This document shows positions 28,443-38,139 of a DNA stretch of 64,000 nt, piece after piece. Source of the DNA: a virus. Its lineage: Duplodnaviria > Caudoviricetes. The DNA lies in the IMG/VR virus record IMGVR_UViG_2806310979_000001, positions 32,001 through 96,000 of that record; one strand, 5' to 3'. Numbering within the stretch: the stretch's first letter is position 1; every line of letters starts with the position of its first letter. A program made the position numbers and the translations under genes. The notes beneath the pieces are model-generated. The model made no database searches. It was not told the origin of the DNA and worked only from the letters and a program-made list of their open reading frames with translations.

Positions 28443-29461
28443 CAAAAAATAGCATTGTATCCAATATTGAAGACATTAAACAAAGACTGGGATTAGAAGA
28501 TCAAGTTGCAAATGTTATGCAATCCAATAATGATGCTCAAATAAAACATAAAAATTGTATGGAAATTCAGCGGATACCGAGGTCATGTTGTATACATCCT
28601 TTGAATTTTATTATTTATGGTGCACCTGGAACTGGAAAAACATATAATACTGCAGAATATGCTCTCGCAATTATAAATAACAGAGAACCTGATTTATTAA
28701 AGAAAACAGATACTGAACGTAGAAAAATATTGTCAGAATATAAGAAGTATATACAAAAGGGACAAATCGTATTTACTACGTTTCATCAAAATTATGGATA
28801 TGAGGAGTTTATACAGGGATTACGACCAGACCCTGATAAGGATGGAATCTCTTTTAAGACTGTCGATGGAGTATTTAAAAAATTAGCAGATAAGGCCATT
28901 TTAGATAATGATAACAACTATGTAATTATTATTGATGAAATTAATCGTGCTAACATATCAAAAGTGTTTGGTGAACTTATAACATTGATAGAAGAAGACA
29001 AACGCTGGGGAGAATTGAACGAATCTTGTGCTACACTTCAATCTGGAGATGTTTTTGCCGTACCTAATAATTTATACATTGTGGGAACAATGAATTCGGC
29101 AGACAAATCTATTTCGCTTATTGATGCTGCTTTACGTCGAAGATTTTCTTTTATAGAGCAAAAACCAGATGAATCATTAATAGAGGATGATGTCCTGAAG
29201 AATGTATTTTGTGAGCTTAATACACGACTTGTATCAGAACTCGACAGTACAGATTTGCTAATAGGGCATTCATACTTTATGAATAGAAAAAAAGAGGATT
29301 TATGCAAAATTCTTAATACAAGTATAATTCCATTGTTGTATGAATACTTTTATGATAATCGGAAAAAAGTTAGCAATATTTTAGCAGAAGCAATAAAAAA
29401 CACAGATGTAGAAATAGTAGATGACAAGATAGGACGATTGAACGTTAGAAATAAAGGATAA
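28421..29461 (+). CDS. mcrB: McrB-family AAA+ GTPase
   Basis: GAPGTGKT, TFHQNYGYEEF, IIDEINRAN, TMNSAD (NxxD), ALRRRF, IGHSYF. Confidence 0.93.
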   Translation: MSEFSEVAKNSIVSNIEDIKQRLGLEDQVANVMQSNNDAQIKHKNCMEIQRIPRSCCIHPLNFIIYGAPGTGKTYNTAEYALAIINNREPDLLKKTDTERRKILSEYKKYIQKGQIVFTTFHQNYGYEEFIQGLRPDPDKDGISFKTVDGVFKKLADKAILDNDNNYVIIIDEINRANISKVFGELITLIEEDKRWGELNESCATLQSGDVFAVPNNLYIVGTMNSADKSISLIDAALRRRFSFIEQKPDESLIEDDVLKNVFCELNTRLVSELDSTDLLIGHSYFMNRKKEDLCKILNTSIIPLLYEYFYDNRKKVSNILAEAIKNTDVEIVDDKIGRLNVRNKG

Positions 29462-29466
29462 ATGCT

Positions 29467-30855
29467 ATGGTAATTAATCGCTATGAAAATTCGCAGATAA
29501 AATTTGAGTCTCTTCCAATATCGTGGCAATCTCAGAATGTTTTGGATGAGTTGGCAGATTTTCTACAACAAAACTGGGAACAAAGGTCTGTGTTTTATGA
29601 AGATGGAACAATTACAAGCAAGCAGCAATTTATAGCATTTATAGGACAGCGTGGAATAAAAACAAAAAACTATATTGGGACAATTGTATTTAAAGGCGAG
29701 CAGATTAATATCTTTCCTAAAATGTTCCGGGAAGATGCAGATTACACAGAAACTGAAAATTTGACTCAAAAGCATCTTATGAAAAATCTAGTGCATTGGC
29801 TTGAGTATTGTCATAAAATTGAATATCCGTTTATTAATATTACGACTGCACTAGAAGACACGGAGGACTTAAGGGAGTTATTTATAACATTATACATAGG
29901 ATATGTCAGAAGTGCATTGGAGAGAGGTGCATACTATCAGTATGTGGAAAAAACAGAAGATTGCACAGGTATAAAAGGTAAGTTTGATATAAAGGATTAC
30001 TACATTAACAAGATTCCGAATGGGCAAATCAATCGTTTTAGGTGTTCATATTCAAAATTTGAATATGATAACAAAGTTAACAGGATTATTAAGTATACTT
30101 GCAAGCAAATAATGAATTCTACGACATCTAAAAATCAAAAGGAAATCAGAAAAATTTTAATGCGTTTAGATGAAGTAAATGATGTACCTTGTAGCCCTCA
30201 TGATTGTAATAGTATTCAATTGAGTAAAATGCATAGACACTATGATATTATATTAAGTATGAGCAAAATGTTCCTTTTAAACAGATTATCAAATTATACT
30301 GTTGATAATAATGAATCGTTTTGTTTTTTGTTTCCGACTGAACTATTATTTGAAGGCTTTATTGGTGGATTTATGCAAGAGGTACTGAGTGAATATGGAG
30401 CTAAAGTTAAATTACAACAAAGTGAGATGCATTTAATCGAGGATGTTATATATGGAGAGCGTTCATTGGGAGCTGCTTTCACGATGAGACATGATATATT
30501 GGTAGAAACTAAAAATAAAATATTTATTCTTGATACAAAATACAAACAGGTTTCAAGATTTGAAGGTAATGATGAAGAAGTAATGCGGGTTGTTAGAGAG
30601 GAACCTAAGCAGACGGATATATATCAGGTTTGTGAATATGCAAGAAAAAGAGGAATACAAGATGCATATTTGTTATATCCGATGTATCGATATGAAGATA
30701 GAGAGACAATATTCCCTGTGGGAATAAGCCCAAGCCCAAGTGGTGATATAAGGATTCATTTTATAAGAGTACCTTTTGTTTTTGAAGAAGATAGTGAAAA
30801 AATGAAAGAGCAGTTAAAAAGTATAATCTTGGATATAATAGGGATTGATGTATAG
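29467..30855 (+). CDS. mcrC: McrC-family PD-(D/E)xK nuclease
   Basis: NYIG.I, IFPK, IKGKF, LFEGFI, HDI...ILDTKYK, DIYQV.EY, LLYP. Confidence 0.9.
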   Translation: MVINRYENSQIKFESLPISWQSQNVLDELADFLQQNWEQRSVFYEDGTITSKQQFIAFIGQRGIKTKNYIGTIVFKGEQINIFPKMFREDADYTETENLTQKHLMKNLVHWLEYCHKIEYPFINITTALEDTEDLRELFITLYIGYVRSALERGAYYQYVEKTEDCTGIKGKFDIKDYYINKIPNGQINRFRCSYSKFEYDNKVNRIIKYTCKQIMNSTTSKNQKEIRKILMRLDEVNDVPCSPHDCNSIQLSKMHRHYDIILSMSKMFLLNRLSNYTVDNNESFCFLFPTELLFEGFIGGFMQEVLSEYGAKVKLQQSEMHLIEDVIYGERSLGAAFTMRHDILVETKNKIFILDTKYKQVSRFEGNDEEVMRVVREEPKQTDIYQVCEYARKRGIQDAYLLYPMYRYEDRETIFPVGISPSPSGDIRIHFIRVPFVFEEDSEKMKEQLKSIILDIIGIDV

Positions 30856-30936
30856 CTTGTATAATGATTAGTGTATAGGCTAATAACTTCATAGGAATCA
30901 TATGGATATCCCAACTAATATGAAAGCGGTGAAAAT

Positions 30937-31515
30937 ATGATTGTTTGTCCAAAATGCAGGTCAGACAGGACTGCACCAATATTATATGGTTATCCGTCCC
31001 ATGAAGCCTTTGAAGCAGAAGAGCGGGGAGAACTTATCTTGGGCGGATGTGAGATGATAGACGGAATGCCACACGAGGATTATGGCTGCCTTGACTGCGG
31101 ATGCCGATGGTCAAAGGAACTGCTCCCAGCTACTCAGATTACAAAAATACGATATAAAGTTGTTGAGAATGGTCCGTGCACGATAGACTCCCAACAGTCG
31201 TGGGTATATGAAATGTATCCTGATGGAAGGTGTAAAGAATATACATATCAAGGGCAGAATCGTAAATATCAGTTTAAGACGGAAGAGAAGGTATCTGAAA
31301 AGAAGGTATACAGACTTGCATGCAGTCTGCAGAAAATCATAGGAGCTCCCTTATGGGAGAAGAATGTTATTGAAGGACAGGTGTGTGACGGTTGGAGTTA
31401 TAACCTTCAGATAACTTATGCTGATAAGCGGAAAGAAATAATAAATGGTGATGTTGCCGGAGGAACGTTTGATTCTATACTGGAGAAATTCGTCCGCAGC
31501 GTATTTCCAGAATAA
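30937..31515 (+). CDS. Hypothetical protein with N-terminal Zn ribbon
   Basis: CPKC...ILYGYP...LGGC...CLDCG.RW. Confidence 0.7.
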   Translation: MIVCPKCRSDRTAPILYGYPSHEAFEAEERGELILGGCEMIDGMPHEDYGCLDCGCRWSKELLPATQITKIRYKVVENGPCTIDSQQSWVYEMYPDGRCKEYTYQGQNRKYQFKTEEKVSEKKVYRLACSLQKIIGAPLWEKNVIEGQVCDGWSYNLQITYADKRKEIINGDVAGGTFDSILEKFVRSVFPE

Positions 31516-31541
31516 AAATGATTATATAGAGGAAGTCACTA

Positions 31542-31570
31542 TTGACAAAACGAACGTATGTTCGTATAAT
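31542..31570 (+). promoter_or_regulatory. Consensus sigma-A promoter with a Firmicutes LexA (SOS) box in the spacer
   Basis: TTGACA-N17-TATAAT; CGAACGTATGTTCG at 31551-31564 matches CGAAC-N4-GTTCG. Confidence 0.92.
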
Positions 31571-31672
31571 TATCTCATCGCTACATTAGGAGTGTTGAAC
31601 AGTCTACAGAGATATGGTGTTTGGCAGACTATTTCCCTTGGTCGAACTTATATCGCAGGAGGCACGTTTAAT

Positions 31673-31903
31673 ATGACATACGAAACAGGTACAGAAGTTT
31701 TCTTCATTGAGAGCAATCGTATAATCCGTAAGGCAACCGTGGTCAGAAGAAGCGGTGATTTTTACATATTACGATTTGATGAAGGCGGTGGCATCCAGTT
31801 AAGAGAAGGCAGAATTTTTCCAACAAAAGAACAGGCAGAAGCAACGCTGCCTGGAGAAAAGGTTCAGAAAAAAGCTAACTCTCCATACGATTACTGGCAT
31901 TGA
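31673..31903 (+). CDS. Small (76 aa) beta-rich hypothetical protein, predicted SOS-inducible
   Basis: RBS AGGAGG before ATG 31673; downstream of LexA-boxed promoter. Confidence 0.75.
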   Translation: MTYETGTEVFFIESNRIIRKATVVRRSGDFYILRFDEGGGIQLREGRIFPTKEQAEATLPGEKVQKKANSPYDYWH

Positions 31904-31960
31904 AATGTAAATTCGCAGAAGGGGGTTGACAGTAATACCCCCTTTTGATATATTAATAGT

Positions 31961-31978
31961 GTCAACCGTTCAGTTGAC
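31961..31978. promoter_or_regulatory. Palindromic operator candidate GTCAAC-N6-GTTGAC
   Basis: Just downstream of TTGACA-N17-TATATT (31926-31954); second copy at 33373-33390. Confidence 0.6.
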
Positions 31979-32126
31979 AGTTGACACAGCATTCTACAAT
32001 GCCAAATGTAGCTTACCAAATTATTATAATTAATATGGATGACGCACATTAAATCAAGTAAAGTGTAAAGAAAACCAATGTATAAGAATGAATATTAAAA
32101 TTAATTAGAAAGTGCGGTTGAATAGT

Positions 32127-32513
32127 ATGAATGAGAACGAAAAGGTAAGTTTTGGAAAGTATATTGAAACGATACGAAAAGAGAAAAGAAAATCACTAAG
32201 AGAAACAGCAAAAGCAATCGAAGTATCTCCACAATTCCTAAGTGAAGTGGAGAAGGGGAGAAAAAGTACCCTGACAAATGAGAGAATTGAGAAACTGGCA
32301 AAATTCCTCATGTTATCTGAAACCCAGACTTATACACTTTATGATATGGCAGCGGAAGCAAGAACATCGAATGATGTGTTAATACCACAGGATTGTGTCG
32401 ATTATGCATCAAATCCTTATGTGCTTGAGGCACTGAGATTATCTAAAGAAACAGGAGCAGGGGAGGCAGAGTGGCAGGTACTTCTTGACGAATTAAGAGC
32501 TCGAAAGGGGTAG
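32127..32513 (+). CDS. XRE repressor (ImmR-like)
   Basis: SFGKYIETIR..KRKSLRETAKAIEVSPQFLSEVEKGR; paired with ImmA. Confidence 0.88.
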   Translation: MNENEKVSFGKYIETIRKEKRKSLRETAKAIEVSPQFLSEVEKGRKSTLTNERIEKLAKFLMLSETQTYTLYDMAAEARTSNDVLIPQDCVDYASNPYVLEALRLSKETGAGEAEWQVLLDELRARKG

Positions 32514-32522
32514 TAGCAGCCT

Positions 32523-33329
32523 ATGTATGAACCACAGTTTAGATGCAGAAGTAATGGTGTTCCCATTTTATCCCATGAGGATATTGAATCAGATGCAGAA
32601 ATGTTCATCCGTGATTTTGATCCGGATGTACTGAACAATCCTAAAGAAGTTAACATTGAGGAATTCGCAGAGTTCTATCTGGGATTGACACCAGAGTATA
32701 ATAATCTGACTCATTGCGGACTCATTCTTGGAAGAATGGTCTTCAATGATAGCAACAAGGTTCCGGTATATGATGCAGATGCAAAACGTGCAGAATATAT
32801 ATTTGCCGGAAGGGGAACGGTCATGATCGATAACACATTGTTGACAGACGAACATCGCTTCCGTTCAACGATGGGGCACGAATCAGGACACTGGATTTAT
32901 CAGCAGTCATATTTTTACAGAGACCCGAATCAGTTGGTCCTGTTCGATAATCTGGAACAGACATCAACTGCCTGTAGAAAAACAGACATAGAAGGCGGGG
33001 AAGCAGCGCAGAGTAATGGACGCAAGCAGTTATGTTCAGATCATGACTGGCTTGAACATCAGGCTAAATATTTCAGTGCAGCAATCCTTATGCCGAGAAC
33101 TGCAATGAGACAGGTCTGTGGTGATAAAGAATTAAGAAAAAGACTTAGAGAAGAGTTTCCGGGATTTGAGCTGGAAATGCTGGCAGCAGAAGTGGCAGAA
33201 ATCTTTAATGTATCATCAGAGTCAGCAAAGATTAGAATTAAACAGCTGGGATTTGATTTTGCAAAGTCACCAGTTAAACAGAAAACGCTTTTTACAATTG
33301 GTTATCCGAGTGGTGTTATCTCACTGTAA
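32523..33329 (+). CDS. ImmA/IrrE-family metalloprotease
   Basis: RFRSTMGHESGHW (HExxH), LEHQAKYFSAAILMP, FNVS..SAKIR. Confidence 0.92.
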   Translation: MYEPQFRCRSNGVPILSHEDIESDAEMFIRDFDPDVLNNPKEVNIEEFAEFYLGLTPEYNNLTHCGLILGRMVFNDSNKVPVYDADAKRAEYIFAGRGTVMIDNTLLTDEHRFRSTMGHESGHWIYQQSYFYRDPNQLVLFDNLEQTSTACRKTDIEGGEAAQSNGRKQLCSDHDWLEHQAKYFSAAILMPRTAMRQVCGDKELRKRLREEFPGFELEMLAAEVAEIFNVSSESAKIRIKQLGFDFAKSPVKQKTLFTIGYPSGVISL

Positions 33330-33332
33330 GCA

Positions 33333-33356
33333 TAAGCACCTCGAAAAGGGGTGCTT
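33333..33356 (+). terminator. Hairpin after ImmA
   Basis: AAGCACCTC-GAAA-AGGGGTGCTT. Confidence 0.6.
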
Positions 33357-33537
33357 CTATTATAGATAATGTGTCAACCAATAGGTTGACGAATATAATT
33401 CTACAAACAATGAAAAATAGGAAAATAAATAAAAAACATGGATTATATTTCAGAATAAGAAATATAGTTCTAAAGTAAATAAATATTGACATATAATTCA
33501 AATAACGTATAATAGTATGTAATAGGAGGTAGATAAA

Positions 33538-34302
33538 ATGGAGTTTGACAGAAGCAGATTAATGAACAATATAACGACTTTGATAAAAGAAAAAAATATA
33601 AAAATAGGTGAGCTTGAAAATTCAGTAGGTATCAGTACTGGATATTTATCCAAAATGGCAAAGCCTGAAAATGAATCAATGCCGGGAATTGATTTAATAT
33701 GGAAACTTGCAGAAAAACTTGGTGTAAGTATAGACATGCTTGTTGGCGGTGATTTCAGCAAATCAAATGATAATTTGTTTTATCTTGTGAAATTCCTGCA
33801 TGAATTGAAACTGGAAACAGATGTTCATGAAATAACATGGAGTAAATTTTCTAGCTACGATGCGGTTAAGGATCCATTAGATTTACCTGAATGGGATGAT
33901 CTGGAATGCAATGTTGAAGAAAAAATAGTTACATCGAATATTACAGACAGATATGTATCCTTATTTGATTCCCAAAGAAATCTTAAAGCAACAAAAGAAA
34001 ATTTTTATGCGTTTGTAGATACACTTCATATTGTTCTTCTGTTCAAGTGCATAGAGACAGTTGAAAATGAAGAAAAAGTGGTTTATGAATTATACTCTGC
34101 AACGGACAATGGTCCAAGTAATAACTATATTATTCCGTTGTGTTCCACATTGGAAAAAGACGGTGCGATATTTTTTGCTCTGAGTGATTTTTATGAATGC
34201 GTACAAAGGCACGATAAAGATATTCAGTTAAGAGAATCAGCACGAAAAGCAATTGGAGACTTTTTAAACCGTAATAATACAGAAGAATTGCCATTTAACT
34301 AG
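33538..34302 (+). CDS. XRE HTH protein with large unknown acidic C-terminal domain
   Basis: KIGELENSVGISTGYLSK...PGIDLIWKLAEKLGVSIDML; consensus promoter TTGACA-N17-TATAAT at 33486-33514. Confidence 0.8.
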   Translation: MEFDRSRLMNNITTLIKEKNIKIGELENSVGISTGYLSKMAKPENESMPGIDLIWKLAEKLGVSIDMLVGGDFSKSNDNLFYLVKFLHELKLETDVHEITWSKFSSYDAVKDPLDLPEWDDLECNVEEKIVTSNITDRYVSLFDSQRNLKATKENFYAFVDTLHIVLLFKCIETVENEEKVVYELYSATDNGPSNNYIIPLCSTLEKDGAIFFALSDFYECVQRHDKDIQLRESARKAIGDFLNRNNTEELPFN

Positions 34303-34318
34303 GAGGTGCAGCCTGAAC

Positions 34319-34519
34319 ATGGTAACAGAAAAAGTAAAAGGGGTAATTTCCTGCCCCATATGTAAAAAAGGAAAAGTAATAGCGTACGAAAGCGCATCAG
34401 GGAAATCATCAGTAGGATGTCACAATTGTGGAAGATACCTGTTGGTTGACTGGGATAAGATGACAGCCGTTGAAAATAAGGCCTGTAAAAATGCCTATAA
34501 GATGGTTGTAAATAATTGA
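34319..34519 (+). CDS. Small Zn-ribbon protein
   Basis: CPIC...CHNC; RBS AGGAGGTG. Confidence 0.7.
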   Translation: MVTEKVKGVISCPICKKGKVIAYESASGKSSVGCHNCGRYLLVDWDKMTAVENKACKNAYKMVVNN

Positions 34520-34572
34520 ATAACAATTTGCTGACTGAGCAATAGGGGCGTTTGAATAAAAACAGCTACCAC

Positions 34573-34647
34573 ATAGCCAGAGCAGATTATCAGAGGAAAT
34601 AAGAAAATTCTTGTTTCCCGTGATAATGTGCCCTGGCTATTTTTTTG
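34573..34647 (+). terminator. Unusually long hairpin with T-tract
   Basis: ATAGCCAG/CTGGCTAT, ATTATCA/TGATAAT, GGAAATAAGAA/TTCTTGTTTCC nested stems, then T-run. Confidence 0.75.
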
Positions 34648-35049
34648 TCCTTTTTTGAGATCGTTTTTGAAACCGTGAGTTGTTTCTACATTATACAGAA
34701 GGATGAAAATGTACGTCAGATTATGAAACACGAATGGCTATTTTGAATTTTATATCAAGATAAATCGGTCAGAAATTATTAGGTTGGTTAAGCAGATTAT
34801 TTTTTATGCTGCTGATAACAAACCGTTAATGATGAAAAAAGTCCCCCTTATATATTCTCCATTCGCCTGATTATATTTTGCGAAATAAATGAAATGGCAA
34901 GGAGAATAAGTAAGTGAGGATAAAAAAATGAAGTTTTGGTGCTTCTGAAAAAATAATTGAAATTTATTTTTAATCGTGCAAAAAGTCTGCACCTTTAAAA
35001 ATTATTCTTTAGTCACAAAGCAAGAGAACAGAGAGGAGGTGAGCGAGAG

Positions 35050-35382
35050 ATGGCAAAGAAAAGCATGACGCCAAGCGAACGCAGGGAAGCGATTCTTAAG
35101 GTCCTCTGTCAGAGAAGACAGGACAAGATCGACAACCTGGCATTTGAATTTGGCGTTTCAGTCCGGACTATAAAAAACGATATCGAAGAGCTGTCTCTCG
35201 CTTACCCAATCGAAACAGTTCGTGGCAGATATGGTGGAGGTGTAAAAGTGGCAGACGGATATTATGTCGGTCGCAATTATCTGAAACCAAAACAGCAGGA
35301 ACTGTTAAAGAAACTGCAGTCAACGCTTCAGGGTGACGACCTTGAGGTAATGAACAGCATCCTCTGTGATTTTGCTTTGTAG
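35050..35382 (+). CDS. Winged-HTH (HTH_11/DeoR-like) regulator
   Basis: ERREAIL...LAFEFGVSVRTIKNDIEEL...GRYGGG; upstream palindrome GTGCA-N7-TGCAC at 34976-34992. Confidence 0.85.
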   Translation: MAKKSMTPSERREAILKVLCQRRQDKIDNLAFEFGVSVRTIKNDIEELSLAYPIETVRGRYGGGVKVADGYYVGRNYLKPKQQELLKKLQSTLQGDDLEVMNSILCDFAL

Positions 35383-35441
35383 AACATTATTGACGAGTAC
35401 CCCACGGCCATGAGAGCCGAATGTGAAAGGATGATTTTATT

Positions 35442-35843
35442 ATGAAAAAGAAAATTTTTATCTGCAGCCCTTATCGGGGCAGAGTCGAGGAAAACAAAAA
35501 AGATGCAGTGAGCTACGCAAGAATCACTGCCATGTCAGGTGACGTTCCAATCGTACCACATCTCTATTTCCCATCATTCCTCGATGACAATATTCCAAAC
35601 GAGAGAATGACAGGCATCGCAATGGGTCTTGAACTCATGGATATGTGCGATGAGGTGTATGTATTCGGTTTCGACATTACGGAAGGCATGAAGTTTGAAC
35701 TCGACCATGCAAAGGAAACAAGGAAACCTGTAAGGCTTCATGATACGGATTTCAATCCCGTGAATGTCAGAACCATTCCTGTGGATGAACGTGCGGATGC
35801 CAGATACAAGGGCATCATCAGAAATCTGAAGGTGTTGAAGTAG
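35442..35843 (+). CDS. DUF4406-like nucleoside-deoxyribosyltransferase-fold phage protein
   Basis: IFICSPYRG, PIVPHLYF, CDEVYVFG..I.EGM..E. Confidence 0.75.
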   Translation: MKKKIFICSPYRGRVEENKKDAVSYARITAMSGDVPIVPHLYFPSFLDDNIPNERMTGIAMGLELMDMCDEVYVFGFDITEGMKFELDHAKETRKPVRLHDTDFNPVNVRTIPVDERADARYKGIIRNLKVLK

Positions 35844-35853
35844 GAGGTCCGCC

Positions 35854-36045
35854 ATGTCAGCAGTCAATGTCCGTTACGGACTGTATCCGGGTGACCGTCT
35901 TATGATCACTGCCGGAAAGAAAAAGAAGAGAGCAACTGTAGTAAATGAGTACCCGTTCCATATTCTGATGGACTGGGGGAAGTACAAGTCCAGCGTAAAC
36001 AAAATCGATGTGTATACAGGTGATGTGAAGCTGGCACGCATTTGA
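35854..36045 (+). CDS. Small phage hypothetical protein
   Basis: RBS AGGAGG; in operon. Confidence 0.6.
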   Translation: MSAVNVRYGLYPGDRLMITAGKKKKRATVVNEYPFHILMDWGKYKSSVNKIDVYTGDVKLARI

Positions 36046-36059
36046 AAGGAGAGAACGCC

Positions 36060-36401
36060 ATGAGTGAGGCATTGTTATTAGTGGCCGAGGGCTACGAGCA
36101 GATCGCTGCCGGAATCAGAAAGATGGTTGCAGCACAGAAAGATACACCAAAGAAAGAGGAGAAGCCTGTGAAGAAGGCTGAAAAGAAAGAAACTCCTGTG
36201 GCAGATACACCAAAGGAAGAAACTTCACCGAAGGAGACAGCCGTTGACAGAAAGACGGTACGTGCTTTCCTTGCGGACAAGTCCAGATCAGGAAAGACCT
36301 CGGAGGTAAAGAACCTGATCGAGCAGTTCGGATTCCAGAAGCTGTCAGACGTTCCTGATGAGAAACTGCCGGAACTGTATGAGAAAGCGCAGGTGCTCTA
36401 A
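36060..36401 (+). CDS. Conserved phage replication-region hypothetical protein
   Basis: VRAFLADKSRSG..EVKNLI..FG..KLSDV; precedes DUF2800. Confidence 0.7.
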   Translation: MSEALLLVAEGYEQIAAGIRKMVAAQKDTPKKEEKPVKKAEKKETPVADTPKEETSPKETAVDRKTVRAFLADKSRSGKTSEVKNLIEQFGFQKLSDVPDEKLPELYEKAQVL

Positions 36402-37528
36402 TGGGCGGACACGCAAGGTTCTCCCCATCGTCCGGCAAAAGACGTCTGGAATGCCCTCCATCGTTACTGTTGGAGGAGCAGTTCCCGGACGAAGAATCTC
36501 CCTTTGCAGCAGAGGGGAGTGCCGGACATGCGATGGCAGAGTACCTCATCAATAAATATCTGAAGAAAAGGACTAAAAGACCTGTATCTGATTATTATTC
36601 GGATGAACTGCTCGAAGCCGTGGATGATTACGTGGAATATAACATCACCCAGATCGAACAGGCAAGGAAGGACTGTGATGAACCATTCATCGGAGTAGAA
36701 CTGAAGGTCAGCCTTGCACACAGAATCAAGGACTGTTTCGGTACTGCAGATATGGTGGTGGTCGATTCCCATAAGATCCATATTATCGATCTGAAGCTCG
36801 GCAAGGGTGTGGTGGTCGATGCAGAACAGAATGTCCAGCTTATGATCTACGGACTGGGAGTGCTGGACATGCTCGGTTTCTTATATGAAATCGACACAGT
36901 GGAACTTACCATCGTCCAACCGAGGATCGAACATTTCTCCACCTGGGAGATATCAGCTGGGGAGCTGCTTGCATGGGGAAAGGATGTCCTTGAACCTGGA
37001 GCAGCAAAGGCTCTTTCGGGTAAGGGAGAGTTTAAAGCCGGAGGCCACTGCCGATTCTGCAAGGCAAGATTTACGTGCCGTGCAAGGGCAGAGGAATATT
37101 TAAAACTTGCCCAGATGGAATTTGCCGAGCCGGCCCTTATGTCGGATGAGGAAATTGCAGAAGTCCTTTCCAAGGCAGATGCGCTGAAAAAATGGGCAGA
37201 GGAGGTTTACACCTATGCTCAGAATGAAGCAGTAGTTAACTATAAAGAATGGCCGGGCTATAAGCTGGTCCTGGGAAGAAGCAACCGTAAATATACGGAT
37301 GAAGAGGATGTGGCAGAGGCAGCACAGAAAGCCGGATACACGGATATCTTCAAAAAGAGCCTGATCGGCATTACCGAGATGGAAAGACTGATGGGCAAAA
37401 AGAAATTTAATGAGATTCTTGGTTCACTGGTGTACAAGCCTGACGGCAAGGTCACACTGGTGCCGGATTCAGATAAAAGAGAAGCAGTTAAAACAGCAAC
37501 CGCAGAAGCGGATTTTAAGGAGGAATAA
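36401..37528 (+). CDS. DUF2800 PD-(D/E)xK exonuclease (Cas4-like fold)
   Basis: HARFSPSS..R..CPPS, FGTAD, IIDLKLGKG, QLMIY, HCRFC...C. Confidence 0.88.
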   Translation: MGGHARFSPSSGKRRLECPPSLLLEEQFPDEESPFAAEGSAGHAMAEYLINKYLKKRTKRPVSDYYSDELLEAVDDYVEYNITQIEQARKDCDEPFIGVELKVSLAHRIKDCFGTADMVVVDSHKIHIIDLKLGKGVVVDAEQNVQLMIYGLGVLDMLGFLYEIDTVELTIVQPRIEHFSTWEISAGELLAWGKDVLEPGAAKALSGKGEFKAGGHCRFCKARFTCRARAEEYLKLAQMEFAEPALMSDEEIAEVLSKADALKKWAEEVYTYAQNEAVVNYKEWPGYKLVLGRSNRKYTDEEDVAEAAQKAGYTDIFKKSLIGITEMERLMGKKKFNEILGSLVYKPDGKVTLVPDSDKREAVKTATAEADFKEE

Positions 37529-37531
37529 TTT

Positions 37532-38074
37532 ATGACAACAGCAAATTTAACAAAAGTAATCGTACCTTGCAGACTCAGCTATGCACACCTGTGGGAGCCG
37601 GATTCCATCAACGGAAGCGAACCGAAGTACTCCGTATCCTGCATCATCGACAAGAATGATAATGAGACCATCGCCAAGATCAAAAAGGCAATCGAGGTGG
37701 CAAAGGATGAAGGAAAAGGCAAGTGGGGCGGTAAGATCCCAGCGAACCTGAAGACCCCGCTCAGAGACGGAGACATCGACAGACCGGAGGATGAGGCATA
37801 TGCAGACAGTATGTTCTTAAATGCAAACAGTAAACAGGCCCCTCAGATCGTGGACAGACAGGTTCAGCCGATCCTTGACCAGAGCGAGGTATACTCCGGC
37901 TGCTACGGAAGGGTATCCATTACATTTTATGCTTACAACAGCAACGGCAACAAGGGCGTTGCTGCCGGACTTGGAAATGTACAGAAGTTAAGGGACGGAG
38001 AGCCTCTTGGTTCCAGAGCCAATGCCAGGGATGAGTTCGAGGCAGTGGATGCGGAGGATGATTTCCTCGCATAG
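37532..38074 (+). CDS. DUF2815 single-stranded DNA-binding protein (T7 gp2.5-like)
   Basis: RLSYAHLWEP, PLRDGD, VYSGCY, GLGNVQK, acidic C-terminus DDFL. Confidence 0.9.
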   Translation: MTTANLTKVIVPCRLSYAHLWEPDSINGSEPKYSVSCIIDKNDNETIAKIKKAIEVAKDEGKGKWGGKIPANLKTPLRDGDIDRPEDEAYADSMFLNANSKQAPQIVDRQVQPILDQSEVYSGCYGRVSITFYAYNSNGNKGVAAGLGNVQKLRDGEPLGSRANARDEFEAVDAEDDFLA

Positions 38075-38139
38075 GAACAAAGCAGCAGATCATAGGAAGG
38101 GCGGTGGCATACACCGCCCGGATACATAAAGGAGATGCC

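Noticed and set aside
31445-31672. N-terminal half of the 152-aa ORF in the track
   Set aside because: It spans a consensus promoter and LexA box; the RBS supports a start at 31673
36401-37528. Cas4/CRISPR adaptation gene
   Set aside because: Cas4-like fold, but in the standard DUF2800-SSB-PolA phage replication context with no cas genes or array
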